A stretch of 54,049 nt of DNA from a virus (Duplodnaviria > Caudoviricetes). Under the pieces are notes generated by a model. It was not told the origin of the DNA. It ran no database searches and was given only the letters and a program-made list of their open reading frames with translations. The stretch is from the IMG/VR virus record IMGVR_UViG_3300018080_002591, positions 1-54,049 of that record. One strand, given 5' to 3'. The position numbers and the translations under genes were made by a program. Shown here piece by piece: positions 19,343 to 26,743 of this stretch (its first letter is position 1; the number at the start of each line of letters is the position of its first letter).

Positions 19343-21074
19343 TGATGGTACAGCAGAAATTCCGGATTCTGATATATATTATATTGTTGGTAAAGAAGGA
19401 GTTTTTCTAAAAAAGAAATTGGGTGTTATGGAAAGCATAGCCCCAGTCAAAAACATTTCAATATTAGAAAGCGTTCAATCAATGGCTAGGATGCATATCC
19501 GAAAAATTCCTGCAAAAAAGGCAAAGCAGATTCTAAACTTTTTCAAAGCCGTTTATGAAGAACATTATTCAGAAGCAATAGTACTTCTGTTTTACAATAT
19601 GGAGAAACAACATTATAAAGTTGTCGTTCCCGTTCAGGAAGTTAGTGGTGGTGCTGCAGATTATAATAAAGCAATCACTATCGATGGATATGATATGATC
19701 GGTACAATTCACAGTCACGCTGGAATGTCAGCATTTCATTCCGGTACAGATGACGATGATGAAAAATCATTTGATGGACTTCATATTACATTTGGTAATA
19801 TGCGAGATAAGGACATTAGCGTATCAGCGTCTATTGTTGCCAATGGTCATCGTATCATAGTAGACCCATCTGAATATATCAACAATATAGAAATGACAGT
19901 TGATATTGATGAAGAAGAAAAAGTCCCAATGGCACAAACATGGCGTTGGGACAAGGACCAGCATAAAATGGTTCAAGTTAAATCTGAGAAATTTTATACT
20001 AGACGTAAATTTGATCAACGATATCAGATTCACCTTGCAAAAGATCCAAAGTTTCCTGCTAATTGGATGGAACGTGTTACAAAGAAAACATATGTCAGTC
20101 AATATGCAGGCACTGGCTGGGCAGGTGGTTGGCAAGGTCATAACGCAGGTTATGATTCGGATTATTGGAAAGATTGGAAAGGTCATGGCGTTCAGGCTAA
20201 TAAACCAGGCACAGTAACTCCAACTAAACAAAACAAAACTACGCCAGCAACAGTTCCGAATAAACCAACCGTTGTATCGAAGGAAACTCCATGCGATGCG
20301 TGTTCATTCAAACATCATAAAATTAATCTTAGCATTGAGAGGATGGATGACGAAACTAAAAAAGCTATATTAGCATGGGCGATTGAAAAACTAGAGGGTA
20401 ATAATTATCAAGTTGTACCCGGAGAAGAAGTAGATGAAACTGGATTAACCCATTATCATTGCGCAGGCTGCCAGGAATACATTTCAGTTGATGAAAACAC
20501 TGAAGGTAGTGCATGTTGTCCAAATTGTCAAACTGATGATTATCTAATTGAGGTTTCTTCTCAAGAAATCATGATGGAGGTTGGTGGTACATATGAAGAA
20601 GATGATTCGACTACCGGCAATATGATTAAATGTGAAGAATGTGGAAGTTCGTTTACCGAAGATTTTTTAAATGATGGTCATTGTCCTACATGTAATACTT
20701 TATTACCTGTAGAAGTTGATACTGAACTTGATGCATCTGATGACATTGTAATTTGTCCTGATTGTTTCAAAGAAAATGATCTGATGGAACTGGCGGTTGA
20801 TAATAAATGCTTCTATTGTTCATGTGAGATTTCTCCATATGAAATCGCCGAATTATTGAGGCAACGAAACCGTGGTAGAGATCCATTGGAAAATCAAATG
20901 GATAATGATTCTGGCGCCTTTTTAGATCCAGAAAAAGAGGCAATCGAACGAATCGCACAAGATGATATAGAACGTATCCCAGTTCCTGATAGCGATTCAA
21001 CGCCAATCACTAAAACTAAAACAGGAGTTTTTGCTTCAATATTTGAAAAAGCAAAAGCTTTAAGAAAAGGTTAA
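19320..21074 (+). CDS. JAB/MPN+ metalloisopeptidase with C-terminal zinc-ribbon array
   Basis: SEAIVLL...GTIHSHAGMSAFHSGTDDDDE (E-x-HxH-x7-S-x2-D JAMM motif), GLHITFG; CxxC pairs CDAC, CAGC/CPNC, CEEC/CPTC, CPDC/CFYC. Confidence 0.88.
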   Translation: MMFPVIINDGTAEIPDSDIYYIVGKEGVFLKKKLGVMESIAPVKNISILESVQSMARMHIRKIPAKKAKQILNFFKAVYEEHYSEAIVLLFYNMEKQHYKVVVPVQEVSGGAADYNKAITIDGYDMIGTIHSHAGMSAFHSGTDDDDEKSFDGLHITFGNMRDKDISVSASIVANGHRIIVDPSEYINNIEMTVDIDEEEKVPMAQTWRWDKDQHKMVQVKSEKFYTRRKFDQRYQIHLAKDPKFPANWMERVTKKTYVSQYAGTGWAGGWQGHNAGYDSDYWKDWKGHGVQANKPGTVTPTKQNKTTPATVPNKPTVVSKETPCDACSFKHHKINLSIERMDDETKKAILAWAIEKLEGNNYQVVPGEEVDETGLTHYHCAGCQEYISVDENTEGSACCPNCQTDDYLIEVSSQEIMMEVGGTYEEDDSTTGNMIKCEECGSSFTEDFLNDGHCPTCNTLLPVEVDTELDASDDIVICPDCFKENDLMELAVDNKCFYCSCEISPYEIAELLRQRNRGRDPLENQMDNDSGAFLDPEKEAIERIAQDDIERIPVPDSDSTPITKTKTGVFASIFEKAKALRKG

Positions 21075-21076
21075 TT

Positions 21077-21754
21077 ATGGAAATAGTTGTTATTGGATTA
21101 GGTGGTGTTGGTTCTCTGTTATGTGAAAGAATGGCAAGATACTTAGCTTATTCATCAGGGACCAAAGCAAGCATGTTGTTAGTTGATGGTGACTCTTATG
21201 AAGCCAAAAACTTCGAAAGACAAGACTTCACCCAAATGGGCAACAAAGCTGAAGTAAAAGCTGCTGATTTAAAAATGCAGTTTTCAATGTTAAATGTAAG
21301 TTCATTCCCTGCCTTCGTGAATGAAACCAATCTTGCTCAAGTTATTAAAGAAGGTACTATTGTTTTTAGTTGTGTAGATAATCATAAAACCAGAATGATA
21401 CTTTCAAACTATTGCAAAGAATTACAAAATGTTACATTGATTTCTGGTGGGAATGATCTCATTGATGGGAACGTACAGATTTATATAAGGCAAAATGGAA
21501 AAGATATTACTCCAGACCTTTGTGCGTATCATCCAGAGATTGCAAATCCCGATGATAAGTTACCCGAAGAGATGTCATGCGAAGAATTAGCAGCTTCAGA
21601 ACCACAATTATACTTCGCTAATCTCGGTGTTGCAACCATTATGTGTTGGGCGTTTTATAACGCCATTGTCAAGGGCCAGCATGAAAAGTCAGAGATTTAT
21701 TTTGATCTTACTCAAATGACTTCTATTGCTAAACAAAGAATCGTGAAAAACTAA
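21077..21754 (+). CDS. E1-like ThiF/MoeB adenylyltransferase
   Basis: VIGLGGVGS, LVDGDSYEAKNFERQ, NKAE, CVDNHKTR, SGGN, MSCEE (candidate thioester Cys). Confidence 0.92.
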   Translation: MEIVVIGLGGVGSLLCERMARYLAYSSGTKASMLLVDGDSYEAKNFERQDFTQMGNKAEVKAADLKMQFSMLNVSSFPAFVNETNLAQVIKEGTIVFSCVDNHKTRMILSNYCKELQNVTLISGGNDLIDGNVQIYIRQNGKDITPDLCAYHPEIANPDDKLPEEMSCEELAASEPQLYFANLGVATIMCWAFYNAIVKGQHEKSEIYFDLTQMTSIAKQRIVKN

Positions 21755-21756
21755 CC

Positions 21757-21771
21757 TGACTTTCAAAGTCA
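21757..21771. promoter_or_regulatory. Perfect 7-bp inverted repeat upstream of the Ubl gene
   Basis: TGACTTT-C-AAAGTCA. Confidence 0.4.
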
Positions 21772-21804
21772 AAAACAAAAAAATGTGAAAAGGAATTAAA
21801 AATT

Positions 21805-22278
21805 ATGGCACAGTACAAAAGAGAAACTTTAGAAGACAAAACCGTTCGTGATCTCCGTCAACTCGTAGTAAAATTGGGTATCCCTGGATTCACCAAGAAA
21901 CCTAAAAGCGTTATCATTGACGCTATTATGGCCAAACATGGTGTTACCGGCGCGGCCGCATCAATTGCCGCAGATGGCCCAGCCGCTGCTAAACCTCTTG
22001 ACGGAGTAGAAGCAACCTTCCAATCTTCAGTAACCAAACCTTCCCTGAAAAAAGGTGAACGTCTCAGCACAACACTTCAGGTATCCTGTGGTGCTTCTTC
22101 TGGTCGTTTTCCTGTTGCTGGAAGAACCGTTGCCGAAGTTGGGGATTTCCTTCGGGAAGTTCTTAATGTAGACAAACTTTCAACCGGTCTTGTAAACGGT
22201 AAAGAAGTTGATGGAAGCTATGTGCTTAAATCAGGCGATACTCTTGAATTCCTGAAACCAGCTGGGAAGAAAGGTTAA
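21805..22278 (+). CDS. Ubiquitin-like (beta-grasp) protein with an N-terminal Rho-N/HeH-like domain
   Basis: N-terminal LEDKTVRDLRQLVVKLGIPGFTKKPKSVIIDAI; Ala-rich linker; C-terminal GRTVAEV...LVNGKEVDGSYVLKSGDTLEFLKPAGKKG ending in Gly. Confidence 0.85.
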   Translation: MAQYKRETLEDKTVRDLRQLVVKLGIPGFTKKPKSVIIDAIMAKHGVTGAAASIAADGPAAAKPLDGVEATFQSSVTKPSLKKGERLSTTLQVSCGASSGRFPVAGRTVAEVGDFLREVLNVDKLSTGLVNGKEVDGSYVLKSGDTLEFLKPAGKKG

Positions 22279-22290
22279 TATCCTTTTAAA

Positions 22291-22316
22291 TGAGGGGCTC
22301 CTTTGGGAGTCCCTCA
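22291..22316 (+). terminator. GC-rich stem-loop after the Ubl gene (terminator or mRNA stabiliser)
   Basis: tgaggggctcc-tttg-ggagtccctca, 11 bp with one G-U; no U-tract on the + strand. Confidence 0.55.
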
Positions 22317-22359
22317 CCCACTGTTATAAATATGAAATGGAAAGGAGCATATCGTGTAA

Positions 22360-23265
22360 ATGAATCGAATAGCTGTAATTGGACTAGGCACACTCGGCGG
22401 AGCCGTATGTAAAAATTTATCAACAATGGAATGTATAGAAGAACTGGTTCTTGTTGATTTTGATATTTTAGAAAGTCGTAATATTCATAATTCGGTATAT
22501 CGCGCATCACAAATTGGAGATCGAAAAGTTGACGCTCTCACAGAAATTATCGAAGACGATATTGACATAATACCGATTCATGAAAAATATAAAGAAGGAA
22601 AAACAAATCTTCCTGAATGTGATTTAATTGTAGATTGTAGAGATGTTGTATGTAACAGAGGAAAAGAAATCGATGTTCGATTATACATAACAGGTAAAAT
22701 TCTTATCATTGATTGTAGAAAAAACATTCGCACTCAACATATTTATAAAGGTTCATATAGAAGTCAATTGTCAAAAAGTGAGTTGAACAGTGCAGGTTTC
22801 TTTGCTTCGCAAATATTATGTAGCGATCAAATAACAAAAATGAAAGAACAAAATTTGGTTCAAAAAATTGATTTGAATTTATTACCAACACTAATAAATA
22901 ACGAAATGACAGAAAAAAATAAAAATCGAATTGATATTGTTTATGATTCAGCAGTTGGTGATAGACTTCAATGTCTTGAAGAAAACATAGAACCAATACT
23001 TTGTTTAAGCAGGACAAAGGATATTGATGTTTTTATAGGCGAAAAACATTTTGATCCATTTAAAAAATTAAATAAGTTACCACAAGTTGCAAAAACAAAA
23101 TACGCTGTAATCCCTCATAATTCTCTAAACAATTCAAATGATTTGATCAAAGCTTTAACAAATATAGTAAAAGAACAATGTAACATAGTTAATTTTATTG
23201 TTACATTACGAAAAGTGAATGGAGAAACGTTTATTGAATTACTCGAAGAAACCGGAGCAGCCTAA
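22360..23265 (+). CDS. Second, divergent ThiF/E1-like protein
   Basis: VIGLGTLGG, LVDFDILESRNIHNS, IGDRKVDAL, LIVDCRD; unrelated C-terminal half. Confidence 0.8.
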   Translation: MNRIAVIGLGTLGGAVCKNLSTMECIEELVLVDFDILESRNIHNSVYRASQIGDRKVDALTEIIEDDIDIIPIHEKYKEGKTNLPECDLIVDCRDVVCNRGKEIDVRLYITGKILIIDCRKNIRTQHIYKGSYRSQLSKSELNSAGFFASQILCSDQITKMKEQNLVQKIDLNLLPTLINNEMTEKNKNRIDIVYDSAVGDRLQCLEENIEPILCLSRTKDIDVFIGEKHFDPFKKLNKLPQVAKTKYAVIPHNSLNNSNDLIKALTNIVKEQCNIVNFIVTLRKVNGETFIELLEETGAA

Positions 23266-23668
23266 TGATATTCAATTTATTGTTGGAAGCTCTAATGGAA
23301 AGGATTTATATAAAAAGACACATATATTCATAACGAAATTAATTCCAAATAGAGTCATTCTTAATAAAAATGTTTATAGAATAACTCATATAGATGAACG
23401 TTATCACATGGATGGTTTTTCATTAACAACAGAAAATGACAAAGTACTCTATGTTAGAGTCTTTGGATATCATCCAAATTGTGACCCAGATACAGATATT
23501 TTTTGTTTACCGGATTTTAAAAAAGATATATACTTAACAAAAGAATATTTAGATCTAATCATAAGTAATATTCAAACATATTATTTAGATAACTGTTATT
23601 TTAATCCAACTGGACGAAAACTTCGTTATGAAAAAATGCAGTCGATGTATGTGCAATTAAATAAGTAA
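23219..23668 (+). CDS. Candidate UBC-type E2-like protein
   Basis: VFGYHPNCDPDTDIFCLP resembles the UBC signature HPN-x7/8-C-L; follows the second E1. Confidence 0.5.
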   Translation: MEKRLLNYSKKPEQPNDIQFIVGSSNGKDLYKKTHIFITKLIPNRVILNKNVYRITHIDERYHMDGFSLTTENDKVLYVRVFGYHPNCDPDTDIFCLPDFKKDIYLTKEYLDLIISNIQTYYLDNCYFNPTGRKLRYEKMQSMYVQLNK

Positions 23669-23677
23669 GGAGAAAAA

Positions 23678-23899
23678 ATGCCAAAGAAAAAATCGAATCC
23701 TATTGAAACATATGTTGAAGATGTAGTTAAAAAAATACTGGATGAAAGAGAATCACAACTAAAGGAAGAAGATGCTAGAGAAATTATAAAAGCAATGCTT
23801 CCTGAAATTGAATCGATTGTATCCAAAGTTATTCTATCACATTTTCATGCATTAGCATCGTATGTAAAAACAAATTTAAAGGATCCAAAGGAGAAATAA
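23678..23899 (+). CDS. Small helical hypothetical protein
   Basis: RBS AAGGAG; immediately precedes the RNAP beta' gene. Confidence 0.7.
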   Translation: MPKKKSNPIETYVEDVVKKILDERESQLKEEDAREIIKAMLPEIESIVSKVILSHFHALASYVKTNLKDPKEK

Positions 23900-23902
23900 C
23901 AT

Positions 23903-26557
23903 ATGCCAAAAATTCTCAACTATCAACAATTCTGCGAAGATCTACCAGAAGTTACTTCTTTAAAAACAATAGGAAAAAAGAAGTTTCACGAAAACGGATT
24001 GTTTTCAGAACAGATTTTTGGACCGGTAAAAAATTATACCTGCCAATGTGGTACTTATTATGGTATTTCTAAATCTGGTGGTAAGTGTGATCTGTGTGGA
24101 GTTGATATTGCTAATAGTGATGAACGTAGACAAAGATTTGCGAAAATTGTTTTGCCTATGGCAGTAGTGAACCCGTTGATGTATGATTTGATAGTTGACC
24201 TCGGTGGTAAATCTATTAAATCAGCAATCGATGATTTGATGAAACATGAAAAAAGTGTTCTATACATGGATGGTGAAGAATGTGTTGTTACAACAAATTC
24301 GGACAACTTGCCAGATGGTACTGAAGTGTGGGAAAAGACAGATGCAATATATAAATTAGTTGAGATTATAGCAAAACCTTTAGCAGATGAAGGCATTGAA
24401 GAATGGCAACTAATAATGGATAATATTGATAATCTATTAATTAATAAAATTATTGTACTACCACCTGATTTAAGACCTGTATCAAAAGGCGGTGCCGGAA
24501 AACAATTGATGGACAAAATCAACAGATATTATGTTCAGATATTGACCAAAAAAGAAATAATGAGAGATACTGTAATGGATATTCATTCAGATAAGAATGT
24601 TTATTATACTTATTTCACACAGTTGCAAAGTGTAGTAAATGAACTATACACAAGAATCTTAGAAAAGATGGCAAAGAAAGAAGGTCTCATTCGTGGTAAT
24701 ATATTGGGAAAACGAATTGACTTTTCTGGTCGTGCTGTAATTGCACCCGAACCAACATTAAATCTAAATGAATGCGTCTTGCCATATTTAATGATTCTTG
24801 AGATGTTCAAACTCCCAATAGCAAAACGTATTATAGAACTAGGACATTTTAAACTATTAAATAAAGCAATAAATTTTGTAGATCAATGTATAGAAACAGA
24901 TGATCCAGTTTTGTTTAAAATTGTTGAAAAACTTATTGAAGGAGAAGTCTGTATTCTTAATAGACAACCCTCCTTGCACAAATTAGGAATGCTTGGATTT
25001 TACATCAAAGCATCACTTGACAAAGTTATTAAAATACACCCATTAGTTTGCCCTCCATTTAATGCAGATTTTGATGGAGATCAAATGGCTGTTTACATCC
25101 CCGTAACACAAGAAGCAAAAGAAGAAATTATTGAAAAAATATTTGTTACGAAAAACCTCAACAGCCCGGCGAATGAAAACTTAACAACAACTCCAAGTCA
25201 GGATATTGTTTTGGGTATTTATTTTCTGACATCAAAACCAGAAGGTGAAGAAATATTCAATGACTGTTTGCCTGACGATTATAAACGTGTTACTGGTATT
25301 GTTGATAAAAATGTTTTAATGGATGTATTAAACGATATAAAAGATATTTACCCCAATCATGTAACAGCAACAGTGTTAGATGAAATCAAAAAGATAGGTT
25401 TTAAATATGCAACATTAGTTGGTTGTACAATGTCATTAGAAGATTGCTATTTCGAAGGTTCTGGTGCTATGCGAGATGAGTTGTATAAAAGCAATGAACC
25501 AAGAACTCAATTGATGGCATTAAATAATGATGCTGTAGTTGATGAGCTAAGACAAAAGTTCATGTATTCATATTTAATTGATTCTGGTGCCAGAGGTAGT
25601 TGGGATCAGGTTAAACAGTTAATATTAACAAGAGGATTCATTTCAAATTTTGATGGAGAAATTCTTCCACAACCAATTAAGCATAGTTTGATAGAAGGGT
25701 TGACAGAAGAAGAGTTTTTCTTTTCAACATACGGATGTAGAAAAGGATTACTTGATGTTGCATTGAATACCGGAACAAGTGGATACTTATCACGAAAGTT
25801 GATTTTCACATGTGCAAATTTACAAATTGATAATGAAGAAGATTGTGGCACTGATGATTATCTAACTGTTGCAGTTACGTCTCCAAGAAAAGCAAGAATG
25901 TTAGTAAATAGATATATGAAAGGACCTCATGGTTTAGTTAAAATAACAAAAGATAATTGTATGAGTCTTTTAAATGAAACGATTGAAATCAGAAGTCCAA
26001 TCTTATGTAAGAATCCAAAAATATGTCGAACATGTTATGGAGATTTATATAAGAAATTGAACAGTCGCTTTATCGGAATTATTGCAGCACAAACTCTTGG
26101 AGAGAGATCAACACAATTAGTATTAAGAACATTTCATACATCCGGAGCAGCTATAATCAAAGGCGATCAAAGTCAAACAGAAGGTGCCATCGAACAAAAA
26201 GATATTATCGGTGACCTATCTGCTGTTGCATCATTGCTTCATAGATTCAAAGGCAAAACTTACGAGGATATTGTCTCATCGCTTTTTGATGTATACGATA
26301 AGAATATTTATCATATACACTATGAATGTGTAGTCGCACAATTAATGTGGGTTGATTATAGAAAATGGAGATTGATTGAAAATAGAGATGAATATAAACC
26401 TCAATATTATTCAATTCAAAGCGTACCAAATCAAGAGAGCTGGATCTTAGCAATGGCATTCTCAAATCCAAAGAGATCTATTCTTCAAGGTATTTTATAT
26501 GAAGGTAGATATTCTGGTATCATGGATAAAATATTAACTGGAGAACGAATTTCATGA
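23903..26557 (+). CDS. rpoC: DNA-directed RNA polymerase beta' subunit, compact
   Basis: GLFSEQIFGP, CQCG/CDLC Zn site, PPDLRP, GKRIDFSGRAVI, LNRQPSLH, NADFDGD, RKGLLDVALNTGTSGYLSRKL (bridge helix), QTLGERSTQLVLRTFH (trigger loop). Confidence 0.96.
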   Translation: MPKILNYQQFCEDLPEVTSLKTIGKKKFHENGLFSEQIFGPVKNYTCQCGTYYGISKSGGKCDLCGVDIANSDERRQRFAKIVLPMAVVNPLMYDLIVDLGGKSIKSAIDDLMKHEKSVLYMDGEECVVTTNSDNLPDGTEVWEKTDAIYKLVEIIAKPLADEGIEEWQLIMDNIDNLLINKIIVLPPDLRPVSKGGAGKQLMDKINRYYVQILTKKEIMRDTVMDIHSDKNVYYTYFTQLQSVVNELYTRILEKMAKKEGLIRGNILGKRIDFSGRAVIAPEPTLNLNECVLPYLMILEMFKLPIAKRIIELGHFKLLNKAINFVDQCIETDDPVLFKIVEKLIEGEVCILNRQPSLHKLGMLGFYIKASLDKVIKIHPLVCPPFNADFDGDQMAVYIPVTQEAKEEIIEKIFVTKNLNSPANENLTTTPSQDIVLGIYFLTSKPEGEEIFNDCLPDDYKRVTGIVDKNVLMDVLNDIKDIYPNHVTATVLDEIKKIGFKYATLVGCTMSLEDCYFEGSGAMRDELYKSNEPRTQLMALNNDAVVDELRQKFMYSYLIDSGARGSWDQVKQLILTRGFISNFDGEILPQPIKHSLIEGLTEEEFFFSTYGCRKGLLDVALNTGTSGYLSRKLIFTCANLQIDNEEDCGTDDYLTVAVTSPRKARMLVNRYMKGPHGLVKITKDNCMSLLNETIEIRSPILCKNPKICRTCYGDLYKKLNSRFIGIIAAQTLGERSTQLVLRTFHTSGAAIIKGDQSQTEGAIEQKDIIGDLSAVASLLHRFKGKTYEDIVSSLFDVYDKNIYHIHYECVVAQLMWVDYRKWRLIENRDEYKPQYYSIQSVPNQESWILAMAFSNPKRSILQGILYEGRYSGIMDKILTGERIS

Positions 26558-26739
26558 GAGATCCAAATAGAATAGAACCAATGTTGACGTTAATTCGAAA
26601 GATCTGGTATCGTTCTCCAGATCTTCGATTAACCCAATTAATTATGAATGCATTAAAGATGGCTGAAGATCCATATTATGTAGAAGACGAAACTCTAATA
26701 AAAGCATTAAAAGAATATATAGAAATGGTGGAGGATTAA
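26554..26739 (+). CDS. Small hypothetical protein (MRDPNRI family)
   Basis: ATGA overlap; MRDPNRI...W...PDLRLTQL...DPYYVED. Confidence 0.7.
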   Translation: MRDPNRIEPMLTLIRKIWYRSPDLRLTQLIMNALKMAEDPYYVEDETLIKALKEYIEMVED

Positions 26740-26743
26740 CAAA

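Noticed and set aside
21077-22278. Thiamine/molybdopterin sulfur-carrier pair (ThiF-ThiS or MoeB-MoaD)
   Set aside because: No ThiG/MoaE/cysteine desulfurase in the window, the Ubl ends KKG rather than GG, and E2-like and JAB genes are adjacent
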